Assembly (NCBI GenBank): GCA_043228905.1
Contig: JBHGNT010000003.1
Location: 3,782,001-3,846,000, forward strand
Length of the DNA: 64,000 bases
Reading direction: 5' to 3'
Source of the DNA: Azolla caroliniana
Taxonomy: Eukaryota; Plantae; Polypodiophyta
Within the stretch, counting starts at the first letter, position 1; each line of letters begins with the position of its first letter. Both the position numbers and the translations under genes were made by a program. A model generated the notes under the pieces. The model was not told the origin of the DNA. It did not search any database and saw only the letters and a list, made by a program, of their open reading frames with translations. Positions 1 through 12,070 of this stretch are shown in pieces.

Positions 1-8
1 AAGATTTC

Positions 9-470
9 ACTCTTGCAATATAAAGTGAGGAAATTGTGCCTTAAGAGTATGCTCGTGTTCCCATGTGGCATCATCAATAGGTTTATCCATCTATTTGATC
101 TTGAAAAGCCGAATCTCTTTAGAACGTAAACGTTTAGTACGAGAATCAAGAATTCGTTCAAGAACATGAGGTTTGTAAGAAAAATCCTCTAATGTTACAA
201 GATCTTGGATTGAGATGGTGTTATCACCAAAGCCTAAAGAAAGTTTTAGACAACTGACATGAAAAACAGGATGAATACCAACGTTACGGGGTAAGCTAAG
301 GTGATAAGCAGATGACCCAACCCGCTTAAGGATTTCAAATGGGCCACGATATCGTGGGGCTAACTTAGGGCACTTGCCCGTAGACAATGACGTAGAGTTA
401 GTAGGGACACGCAAAAAAACTTTTTGGCCAATAGTAAATGCACGAGGACGTCTATCCTGATCAGCATAGA
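9..470 (-). pseudogene. Ty3/Gypsy chromovirus pol 3' fragment (integrase GPF motif + chromodomain)
   Basis: ORF 91..492 has KLAPRYRGPFEILKRVGSSAYHLSLP...IHPVFHVSCLK, then chromodomain ERILDSR...FKIK; reading through the TAG (likely W) gives MDKPIDDATWEHE. Confidence 0.85.
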
Positions 471-2105
471 CGTCAACATCGCTCACACGCAAAAAAAATC
501 AAATTTTTTTTTTTATAGTAAATGCTCTTATACCACTGTTAAGAATCTATTACTAATCAATAGACCAAAGTAAAGTAAAAGAAGGAAAATAGATTGGATA
601 GAAGAACCCGTTCCACCCGACCACTCCTGAGCTATGATCTAGACACAACCAACCTACCACCGACGTCCCATACCGCCATATATTAGGATGACTAATACCT
701 TGGAAGAGATAAACACGATCATCGAGACGAAAGCCTAGCCCGCACCACCGGTGTCTAAGACAGTAGCCTTCCGACGTAATGTCCTTATGAGGGTAGCTAA
801 GCCTCATATTTATACCTTTTTCCTAGGCCCCTTGAATAGATGTGCCTTTCTAAAAGGCTCTCCATTCATTGTTTGTCCAAATCATGATAGTGCATGCATT
901 TATCATTCCTTCTATCCAATCATTAGTCCCCTTTTTAACATTAGTGAACATACCCTCACCAACGTTATGTGTACATAACACGTTGTTGCGTAAAAACATG
1001 CGTTTGAGCTAACAATAACATTAAGCATTAGCATTGAGCTCCCTAACAACAATAAAAGATGTGTCTTCTCGAGGTAGATTGCACTGAGTGCACATTTTTG
1101 TTTTGGTGAGAGTTCTCTCTCCTTGCTAAAATAGTATTTTTTAAGGGGTTCATACCACCATATGTCATGTTGGTGGCAAACTAGACAAGAGTGTTCATCA
1201 AGCACTCTCAACTTTCAAGTCGCTAACCTTGTCTACTCTAACTTCAATAACTCTCAGTCACAAAGTCAACAATATTAAAAAGTTAACTAATTCCTTCTAA
1301 GGGCTTAATTGTTCATAACAAATAGAAATATGTTACCACATCTCAATTGTTATGCCACGAGAACATATACAATGAGAAGGGTGATTAGTGTTTGTCTTAG
1401 AAGTTCTTAATACTAACTACTCAAAAATATAAGGATAAGAGAGAAAGATGTATTGCTTAATTAAAAAGGGAGAGAAAACTAAAGTTTCAAGAAAAAGAGC
1501 AAAAAAGTCAGAAAACGACTTTTATAGCTCCTTTACCAAGAAATTATTTGCTTTCACATTACGGCTACCATTAGGCCCAAAGCTCTAGAGCCAACTTTAT
1601 TTCATCATTGTTTTCTTGGTCTTTCCCTTAGTCTTTAGTGCCACAATGCCGATATCTTTATGGTTCCTACTATATACAACATGTACTTAACAAAGAACAA
1701 AAGAGAAGATGACAACACATATACCAAGTCCATCAATGGTTATGCTTGGATTGATAAGTGGATAAAACCATATGGCGGATTGTGCAATCAATGTGGGTAT
1801 GGTGAGAAAATGGGGATCATGGATTTGTAAGATAAATGATAATGGTTTCATAGAATTGGGCAAATATATGGTTGACCATGTAACAAGATAGGGTGGAAAT
1901 AAGGGAAAAGCGGTCAACCCAAAGAAAGATGACCCTCTTCAAGACAATTGCATCTCCCTCGAACAACATGATTTAACCCTGCATTTCCAAATTTTGCTGA
2001 TCCACAAGTTTTGGGATGTGGGTTTAGAAATCCCCAAGTTTGTGGATCAACAAACTCAACACGACTCTTCACAAAAGAACACATTTGTGTTCTTCTAGGA
2101 CATAT

Positions 2106-2626
2106 TGTGCAGAATGGCGTGCAATATTGCTCGGCTACAACCGAGTCTTAGGTCACTTCTTTAAAGGATCAAACACAGAAATGGGAATGGAGATGATTAC
2201 TTGTACACCAAAAGAAAATACACAGGATGTTTTCGTGGAAAACCATAATAGGGAAAAACCACGAGAGCCCACAGACTCCAAACTATCACTATATGAAAAA
2301 GGTACAATCAGAGACTTGGAGGCAATGACCTCAAGCTCTGTTTCTTCGCCAAGCAGCGGTTACAACAGAGTATCACTTTGTATCTCCTCTCTCTCTCTCT
2401 CTATGTTACTCTCTATACAACAATATGACTACAACTACACACCCAACTAAAGTGATTGCCCTAAGTCATATTTATACTTATATGAACTTAGGGCTATTTA
2501 CAAATATAGCCTCAATAGGCTTACTCAAAACATATTTACAACTATGTCTTCTCTTCCGGTTCTCACCGGGTCCATCCGATCCGGTTTCCGAATCCCTTCA
2601 TTCATAATCAGACCGATTTCCCAACA
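2106..2626 (-). repeat. 3' LTR of Copia element 1
   Basis: Matches 15424-15956; preceded on the minus strand by the PPT. Confidence 0.93.
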
Positions 2627-2640
2627 AACTCCCCCTTCAC
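2627..2640 (-). other. Polypurine tract of Copia element 1
   Basis: Minus strand GTGAAGGGGGAGTT abuts the LTR start TGTTGGG. Confidence 0.85.
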
Positions 2641-4991
2641 TCCGGCATGGGATGTCTCGTCAGCCCAATCCGCTTTCGACATAAGTCCAACTTGTCGATC
2701 ATCAACACCTTGGTCATCATATCCGACATGTTCTCCTCCATGTGGATCTTCCTCAACACGAACTTTTGATCTTCTACTCTTTCCCAGATCCAGTGGTACC
2801 TCCGCTGGATATGTTTCGTATGGGAGTGATAGGCCGCGTTCTTTGCAAGGTGGATGGCACTTTGACTGTCGCAGTAGAGCCGATATTCCTCCTGTTGGAT
2901 CCCTAGCTCTCCGATGAAGTCCTTCATCCAGATTATTTCCTTGCCGGCTTCTACATCTGCCGTGTACTCCGCCTCCGTGGTTGACAATGCAACTGTCTTC
3001 TGCAGCCTCGACTGCCACGAAACAACTCCCCCTGCATAAGTCATGACATATCCGGATGTAGATTGACTGGACTCTGCATCAACCGACATATCCAAATTTG
3101 TGAATACGTCAAGTTGGGGATTACCGGAGCCGAACTGGAGGCACATACTTGTGGTGCCTTTCAAATACCGGAGTATCCACTTGACCGCGTTCAAGTGCTC
3201 TCTTCCGGGATTGCTCATGAAACGGCTTACCACTCTGACTGCATATCCGATATCTGGATGGGTACATACCATCGCGTACATCAAGCTTCCGACAGCAGAG
3301 GCATATGGTATCTTCATCATATTTGTCTTCTTTGCCTTTGTCTTTGGGCTCTGCTTTCCAAACAACTTGCAATTTGCCGGAAGTGTCAATCCGACCGGTT
3401 TCGCCTCCAACATGTTAAACCGTTGAAGCACCTTTGTCATGTACTTCTCCTGTGACAACCAGAAAAGCTTCTTCAACCGGTTCCGGATGATGTGCATTCC
3501 CAATATCTGTCTTGCCGGACCCAAGTCTTTTATTGAGAAGGTCCGGTTCAGAGCCTTCTTCGGCATCCAAATCTTGCCTTGGTCTCGTCTGACAATCAAC
3601 ATATCATCCACATATAGGAGGAGTATCAGGAAATCTCCTCTATCATAATTTCTTGACAGACACGTAGTGATACCCCTGCGTCTTGTAGTACCCTTGGTCA
3701 GTCATGAAGGAGTCGAACTTCTGGCACCATTGCCGGGGGGCTTGCTTCAATCCATATTAGCTCTTCTTCAGACGCCACACCAGGTGCTCCTTCCCTTTCT
3801 TCTCAAATCCTTCCGGTTGATGCATGTAGATCTCTTCTTCGAGGTCGCCATGTAGGAACGCCATCTTGACGTCCAGTTGCTCTACCTCGAGGTCCATGCT
3901 TGCCGCTATTCCCAATACCGTCCGGATGGATGTCATCTTTACTACAAGGGCAAAGATCTCATCAAAGTCCACTCCTTTCTTCTGCTAGAAGCCCTTCACC
4001 ACGATTCAGGCTGTATACCTTGGTGGATTTCTGACATCTCCCGGTTTTAGCTTGTACACCCACTTATTCCGGAGTGCTCTCTTCCCTTTCGGCAACTCCG
4101 TCAATACATATGTGTGGTTCTCATGCAGGGAATCCATCTCATCTTGCATGGCACTCAACCACTTGCGTTTGTGGGTGTCTCTCTTTGCTTCTTTGAAGCT
4201 TTCCGGCTCCCCCTCATCGGTTAGCAACACATGCTCTGCATCCGGAAATCTCCGGGGGGTCTTCTCTCTTGGAGAGGATATCTCTGTCCTAGGTTTTTGA
4301 CTACCGGTTCCTCCGTTTGTTCCTCATCCAGACTCTCTTCATTATGGTCCGATTCATCCGTTCAGCCAACCCGTTTAGTTCCGACGTCTTCGACACGGTA
4401 AATTCGAGCTGGACTCCCTTCGATCGACAGTACTCCTCGAAATCCCCTCGATATGCTCCTCTGTTATCTGCTCGAACTGCCTTCACCTTCTAGCTGGTTT
4501 CTCTTTCCACTCTCGCGTGGAGTTCCTTGAAGACGGTAACACTTGATCCTTTGTCTTCAGTGGTGAGACCTACAACTTCCGGCTGTGGTCATCTATGACG
4601 TCACGAAGTACTGCAATCCGGCATGCGATCTAGCTCCAGTGGTGCATTCCGTCTCATCGGTGGTCATGACCGGAAGGAGGTTCGATTTTGCTTGCCGACC
4701 AAGCAATCGGTGCACTTCTCAAGTTGCACGTCCTTCACCGGAATGAGGTTGTCTTTGGCAAGCAACCTCTTGTACCACAACTCACCGACAATGTCGGATG
4801 CTACGTTCATTTCTTCTTGGCCTATCCGGGTATTCATCAAGTACAATGTGTTGACCTTCTGGGCTTGAGCCACTATTAGGCTCCCTTTGCAGAACTTCAT
4901 GACCCCGTTCCGGATGCTACCCGTGTAGCCTTCATCATCTAGCCGACCAACTGATATCAGGTTCAGTCGAACCTCCGGAACAAGTGGGACA
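2637..4991 (-). pseudogene. Copia 1 pol 3' part: integrase (partly deleted), RT, RNase H
   Basis: KAVRADNRG, NGLAERMNRT, EPESFKEA, QLDVKMAFLHGDLEEEIY, YVDDML, ALSTTEAEY, YCDSQSAIHLAKN; stops and frameshifts present. Confidence 0.92.
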
Positions 4992-4996
4992 TCCTT

Positions 4997-5431
4997 TGTT
5001 AACTCTTAGGGCCGGACAATGGCCTAACACAGGGTGTCTACGGAAGACACTTCACCAAAGGGTGTTACGGCAACCGGATTAGACTCAACGCTTAATCCGA
5101 CTTAATTAAGTTACTTAGCATGATCGTCTTTCATAATCACACGCGTAAGATATAACAATTAAGACAGAACGGCAATTAACACAGAGAGATAACAACGCTA
5201 AGCTTTTATTAATTAACTGTTATTCATTACATTGTATCCTGGCCTTTAAATAGGTTTCCGGTCTGTATTACAAAACGGTGCCATCCGCACCTGTTCGGGA
5301 TCGGTCCGGATCTGGAACGGCATACCGATTTCGGTCGGTCGGTCCACACTCATAGCTTAATTACAACCACATTCCTACTACTTAAATAACTCTCCGTTTC
5401 CCACTCTGGACTCCTTTGCCGGCCGGTAACA
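4997..5431 (-). repeat. 3' LTR of the Gypsy element
   Basis: TGTTACC...GTTAACA on minus; TATTTAAA followed by AATAAA and a GT-rich tract on minus. Confidence 0.95.
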
Positions 5432-5433
5432 CA

Positions 5434-5450
5434 TGGCACGCCCGTGGGAC
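5434..5450 (+). other. tRNA-Arg-type primer-binding-site motif on the antisense strand, at the position normally occupied by the PPT
   Basis: TGGCACGCCCGTGGGAC, 2 nt from the LTR; resembles the complement of the plant tRNA-Arg(UCU) 3' end (...GTCCCACYGGGCGTGCCA, recalled) with a 1-nt gap. Confidence 0.75.
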
Positions 5451-5485
5451 AGTACCTTGTACGTCGAATCCACAACCGACCCTTG

Positions 5486-7711
5486 CTATTCTTCGTCCAA
5501 AATATCAAGAATGCTTTGTTCGAGAGTCTCCAATGGTTCATCTGGAATTGGTTGTTGTTGTTGTTGTTGTTGCTCTGTTGATGTCTGCTGCGGCGGGTCC
5601 GTTGGTGGCTGTTGCGGCTGCTCCTCCGTTTGTTGCTCTGACACCGGCGTCTCCGTCGTTGCTCCCTTCGTCGTAGTGGTCTCCGGTTGACTGGTTCCGG
5701 GCTGGCCCTCAGTCGGCGACGGTTCCTCATCACTAAGGTTAACCATTGCCGCTTCCCTTGCTTTTTCATCCCGAACCCGGGACCGCTCGTAGCTTTCAAA
5801 CTAGATTTGAGCGTCCAACCTATCATCGTCTAGCTGAGCTACGAGTTGCCTGACCTGCGCCAGCTGTTCATCTGCCAGGACTTGGAAGTCGTCGGCCAGC
5901 TCGTCCCGTATGGCGGTGAAGTCCTCGGAAGTCAACGTATAACAATCATCTCCTTCCTTCCGCCGGTTTGCCACATCTGCCCGTAGCAATTGGAGTTCCG
6001 CCGCGTTTTGTGCCCACTTTGTCCACCATCTTACGGAGCTTTCATCAATCAAGTGTTTTGTCTGATTCAGCCATGCCCGGAGGATGGACTGAATCCGACC
6101 CGTTCCCAATTGCGATTTTGTTTTTGCCGCTTGCCGTTCCTCCTTCAGTTGCTTGATGATTTTGACGTTGTCTTCCGCCTGCGCCTTGTAATGCGTCAAT
6201 TGCCTTTGATATGTGCTTTGTAATTTCTGCAATACTGTTGACGCTCTCTCTTTTTCTTCATGCTGCTGCCTCTAGAGCTCCATCCGGACCTTCTCCGCCT
6301 CGTCCAAGCGTCTTGTATTTTCCGCACGTTCGTCGGCGATCACCGTCGCGGCCCGATCAACTTCCTGCTGGAGCTCAGCCATCCGTTCCTTATGCTCCGT
6401 TTCAAGCCGTTTGTAGTCCCGGTGCAGGTGCTCAAAATCATCTGTCTTTTGCTTGAGCCGTGCGTTGATCTGTTGATGGGCCCGATGCTCGCGGTCCTTC
6501 TGCTGGCGGAGCTCTTCCTTTAGCCGTTCAATTTCCGTTTCCGCCATCTTCCGCAGCTTGTCCTTTTCCTGCAGCACTTTGTCTTTTTCCTCCTTTAGCC
6601 GGTCGTACGCATGATGGCCTTTCCGGAGTCTCTCCTCTGCCCGGTGGAGGTTCTCAGCAGTCTTCTTTAATTCGGCTTCGGCCGCTGTCTTCAATTCCCG
6701 TTCAAGGCTCCTTAGCGCTTCTTGTGCGGCAAGTTCATCTCTCAATTCCGCAAGCTCCTAGGCTTGCGTCGCATCTCTCGCCGGAACGGTTTCCGTTGCC
6801 GGGGTCTTATTGGTATGTACAGGTCGATCCGTTTCTTTATTCTGTACACTTACCGGAGTCACCGGTGATTGGATCTGTGTTGCCGTTAAGGCCATTTTGG
6901 CCATCCCTGTCGTGACCTGATCCAAGTCTTTTTCAAGGCACTGGATTCTGGACCGGGCCGTCTCTAGTTGTTCAGTTGTGACGAGCAGCCGTTCGCTTTG
7001 CGCTCTTTCTTCCGCCTCAATATACCCCACTGCTCCGGCTATCTAATCGCCTATCCACCGGAGCCACAGGCTACCGGTGCCTTGTTGTGCTTGCACGGAG
7101 GTTTGACAGATGGGCTCACTTGTAGATGGGTGGTCCCGCCTGGTTGTGCCGAGTTGCAGTTCCGTTTCTGCCCGTGGACCACCCTGCTGTCCTGGTTCCC
7201 TTTGCGCTTCTTCTTGGCTGGCCGAGCCGGTTCCGGTTCCTTCCTTGGCGTGGGAGTCTCAATATGGGGAGCCAGCACACAACCTGTCTGTGATCAATAC
7301 CGGCCAATCCACCTTGATCCCTTCATAGGTGGCGATGATCATCCCTACCCGGTTCTGCGGCCTGACAGGGGGTCTAGGGTACACGTGGCCGTATTCGTGG
7401 AGCACACAAGCAATCTCGTGGAACAACATATCTCCGCCGCCCTATGTCCGGTAACCCTTGCTGGCTAGAGAATACTCACCAAAATACCTGATGAGTTGCT
7501 CCGGGGTTGGATTGTCAATCGTGAGTATGCCTCCCTCCGGAAGGCCTGTTAACGCTCGAATCGCCTCTGCCATTATGAGCTCTGTGTCGATTTCTTTGAT
7601 CACTTTGTCGGCTTCTTTGTGTGGCGGTACTTCCATCATCATCAAGAAGCCCTCGAGCCCGTGTTGCTTTATCCATGTCTTGGCGGCTTCCGACAGCGTT
7701 TGCGGGTCCAT
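5486..7711 (-). pseudogene. Extra 3' ORF of the Gypsy element (globular N-terminus, long coiled coil, Q/E/P-rich tail), broken
   Basis: Collinear pieces 7442-7711, ~7258-7441 (IIATYEGIKVDWPVLITDRL), 6758-7030, 6272-6745, 5801-6232 and 5486-5746, all on the gag-pol strand. Confidence 0.7.
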
Positions 7712-8078
7712 GTCTGTGTCGAGGTCGGATTGCGGTGGCGAGGTTGGATGGTGATGAGAGTGAGGTTGAGAGAGAGAGAGAGTTCAGAAGGCAGGGGTTC
7801 TCTGTGCGTAGGTTCTCGTCTGATGATCTTGCAGTGTCTTGGTGCTTCTGTGCTCCTGGGTTCGCGAAAGTAAAGGGTCTCTACGCGCAGTGGTTTTTGT
7901 CTGTGCATTCTGGCGCCTTTTTCGAGTGTGTGCATGTCGTGTACTAAAATAGCATTATGTCCTGTGGTGGCGCTTTAAATGCCCACTACATACCTTTTCG
8001 CTCCTCGCTCTTTCATCCATTCATTCCTCGCTTTTGCATGATTGTTTTATTATTATTATTATTATTATTAGTGTGACA

Positions 8079-11000
8079 TTACTTGTCCGTTGGTCCTCTC
8101 GGACCCTTACCGGCCTCATTCTCCCCAGTTACCGGCTTGCCATCTCTGCCGTCTTGGTGGTTGCCGTTTTCCTCCCTGGTGTCGGTCCTTTGCTCAAATG
8201 GGTTCTTAGGCATCGGTCCTCTATATGGCTTCAATATGAATCCGTTGACCCATTTGCCTAGCACTTCGCCGGCAAGTGTCCCTAACTGGTAGGACCCATT
8301 ATACTCCCATGTTAGCCAATACAGTCCGGTCCATCTCAACCGTAGTTTACCCGGCATCTTGCCCATCCGGGTCTGAAATACTAACACCGGTTTGCCGATT
8401 GCAAACATTTTTTCGTTCCCTTTCCTGTGCCGGTGTACAAATGCTTTCCGTTGTCGGTGCTCCAATTCTAAGTGCAAAATGCTTGCCAGTCGTTGTTCCT
8501 CGAGTTCACACAGCGCTGTTAGTTGTATTGCCTCCGACTCCTTCTCATTCAACCGTTCCTGTAGCTGGATCCGTAAGCTGGGTACTTGGAATTCCACCGG
8601 CATTACCGCCTCTAGTTCGAATGCTAACCGGAACGGTGTTGTTCGGATGCTCGTTTTGTATGCCGTCCGGTATGCCCAAAGCGCGCTATGTAGCTTGGTA
8701 TCCTAATCCGTTCGGTTTTCGTTGACGATCTTCCGGAGGATATTCTGGAGCGTCTTGTTCGTTGATTCCGCTAAACCGTTCACTTGCGGATAGTAAGGTG
8801 TGCTCCATTTGTGGACAACGACATAGAATGTCGTCAGGCTTTCCACTACTTGGCCGAGAAAGTGCCCCCCTTGGTCGCTTATTAATTCGATTGGGCATCC
8901 GTAACGGCACCAAATGTACTCATATAGAAATTTCGCCGTTGACGCAGCGGTGTTGTCCCTTAGTGCTTTGGCCTCCACCCATTTCGTGCAGTAATCCGTC
9001 GCGACGATGACGTATCGATTACCCGTTCTCATTGCCGGTGGTTTGAACAGTCCCACAAAGTCCAGCCCCCACTTCTGGAATGGCTCGAGTGGTAGTACCG
9101 GCTGGTGTGGCATACGAGCCCGCTCCGTTGGCTGGCCCATTCGCTGGCATAGGTCATACTCTTTTGTGTACCGTACCGCATCTCTTAATGTCGTTGGCCA
9201 CCATAGGCCACTTTGCCATATTTTCCTGGCCGTCGCATCTCCGGCATAGTGACCTCCGGCAACTCCGCAGTGGGCTTCCCTCAGTATGAGGTCCTTTTCA
9301 TCGCTGCACACAGCCCGTCTCCATATGCCGTCCGCGCCCTTGTGGTAAAGTGTGTCTTGCAGTAAGCAGAAATGTCGGCTTTGCACCGCCAAGCGTTTCC
9401 GTTCGTCCCAGTTCATCTCTTCCGGAGGCAGTCCTGATCTCAAAAACTGGTGCATATTTGTGAGCCACTTGTCTTCCTGGGCCACCGTCTCATTTGCTGC
9501 CGTCTCTGTAGTGACTCGAAATAGCTCCGCATCCGGAAACTCATCCGCTACTCCGTCACCCGTCTCTCCGGACTCTAATCGGCTTAAGTAATCCGCCACG
9601 ACATGTTGTATACCGGGTCGGTGGAATATTTCAAACTCGAATTCCTGTAACAGTAAGGTCCACCGGGCCAATTGGCCGGTGAGTGACGCCTTGGACACCA
9701 GGTAAAGGAGTGCTGAATGATCTACATGGAAGGAAAACTTCCTTCCCAATAAATAATGCCGAAACTTTGTCACATTGTAGATCATCCCTAGAGCTTCCCG
9801 TTCCGTGGTAGAGTAGTTCTGTTCTGCTTGGGATAGCTTTCGGCTGGCATAGTACACTGGCCGGTACCACTTTGGTTCCGTAAGCTGCATCAGTACGCTT
9901 CCGATTGCGATGTCAGAGGTGTCCACGAACACGTCAAATTCTTTACTCCAATCCGGAGGCTGCACTACCGGTGCTTGCGACAATAGTACCTTGAGGGCCC
10001 TATACGCCCTATCCTCGGTGTTGGTCCACTGGAATGGTGTCCGATGTACGGCGGCATGCAACGATGTAGCCAGGTTGGCCAAGTATCGGAGCATCCGGAT
10101 GTGCCACCGGATCTGGCCTAAGAATCGGCTTAATGCCTTTGCCGTTGCCGGTGCCGGTGCTTCCAATATGGCTTTCACTTTGTCCGGGTCGACTGCAATA
10201 CCTTCCTGGCTCACAATATGTCCTAATAGCGTTCCACTGGACACTCCAAATACACATTTTGCCGGATTCAAGCTTAGCCGGTACGCTCTACACTTTTCAA
10301 GACAAAGGCGGAGGTGCTGAAAATGGTCCTCCTCCTGGCTATAGACGGCGAAATCGTCAAGGAAAACCTGCATAAAAGCCGGAATATATTCACCAAAGAT
10401 TTCCATGATGATTCGTTGAAATGTTGCCGGTGCCGTTTTGAGTCTGAACATCATCACCACGGCCACAAACACCCCCCATTCGGTGACGAAAGCCATTTTC
10501 TCTTGGTCGTCAGGGTGCATCCGGATCTGATTATACCCGCTGAATCCGTCTAGGAAGCTATAGAGCTCATGGCCGGCGACGACATCCAACACTCCCTCTG
10601 TGAACGGAAGTGGAAACGCATCCCTTACCGTAGCTGCATTGAGTTTCCGGTAGTCCACACAAACTCGAATTTTTCCGTTCTTCTTCGGTACGACTACGAT
10701 CGGGCTTAGCCATGTCGCTTTCTTTACCGGACGGATAAAGCCAACTCTTAGCAGTTTGTCGATTTCCTCCTTGACTTTGGCGGCATAATTGGGATTCATT
10801 CGGTACCGTCTTTGTGCCACTGGTTTTGCGTCCTTACTCAACTGAACCTGATGGTGGTATAACTGAGGGTCGAGTCCCCACATGTCTTCGTATGACCAGG
10901 CGAACACATTGCGAAATTCCGTGAGAAGTGTGGTCATCGCCGTTTTGTCTTCGGACTTCATCTCCTTGGCAATGTGCACCGGTTTTGCTTCGTCCGTGGT

Positions 11001-12070
11001 CCCTAGGTTCACCTCTTCCAGTTGCGACGCTTTTACGTGCTGTGAAACGGCCATTTCCCGTTCCAATGCTTCCTGCGCTTGACGTAACTCTCGGATTGCG
11101 TCTTTATCCGGTTCTGCTTCAGCCTCTTCTGGTTGCGGTAAGTATGGTGCTACTGCTTCGGCAATGTCAATTTTGAAGAGGGGTATGATCTTCGGGTTTT
11201 CCTGCAAGTACTGAGCTTCTTCTTCGTCAGCTAACCCTTCTAGCATTCCACATACAACGGTGTACATTCCTTGCCAGTGCTCGTCCTTGGCTGTGTTGGT
11301 ACCCGTACCTTGGCTTTTCCTCGCCGGAAGGTAATTATATTTTTCCTCCAATTCTGTTTGATATGTGCCGTTTTCAACCATGGCCGCCCCAGCAATAGCG
11401 GGTATGCGCCTTGTGCCTGTAATTGTAGCACTACTGCTGAGATGTGAAATGTATGACCGCCGACGGTGACTTCTAATTTCCGTATTAATCATGTCGGCCG
11501 TACTGAGCTTGTATCGGCCATCCGCAACCAGAATGGACACGACTCCCACTCGTGGATTCCTAGGGCATCACACGTCCGGAGGCTTATTACATTCACCCCA
11601 GAGCCTCCGTCTATAACTGTGCCGGGGAGTTCTTTCCCTTTTACAATGGCAGTGATTACGGAACTGCTGGTGTCCACCACCGTTGGTTCCTCCTCCGGAT
11701 TCGAGAAGTGTACCGGTGCCGGTGCTGGTGCTCCTGCCGTCATGGCCGTCTTCAGTCCTTCCGTGAATCTTAGCACGAGTTGTAGGAGTCTTCCTAGTGG
11801 CAACGTAATCTGGCATTCTTGCAACACCTGCCATGTCTCGTTCTCGGAGTGACTACCGCCGGCAAGCCCTACGGTGTTCTCCTTTTGCCGTTGTAAGTCT
11901 GTGACATTCTGCTCGTTTGCTTTCTTTACCCATTCCGTTGCTTGTTTCCGGATGGTCTCATGCGTCTCCCATTCCTTGGCCATGCCCTTCGACCTTGTGG
12001 TCACCTGTTGCAGATTTGCCACCTCAGGGACTACCATATTTACCGCCGACCGTTTTTCATAGCTCTTCAC
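8079..12070 (-). pseudogene. Gypsy pol: protease, RT, RNase H, integrase (few stops and frameshifts)
   Basis: VIDGGSGVNVI and LLLGRPWL (PR); FLDGFSGYNQI and FLDDFAVY (RT); VDTSDIAIG and NYSTTEREAL (RH); HCGVAGGH, WGLDFVG, SDQGGHF, NGLAESTN, KLRLRWTGLY (IN). Confidence 0.93.

Noticed and set aside
11240-11549. First ~100 aa of the 948-aa ORF as real protein
   Set aside because: Out of frame with the protease motifs in ORFs 11489..12070 and 11240..11431; an artefact of frameshifts.
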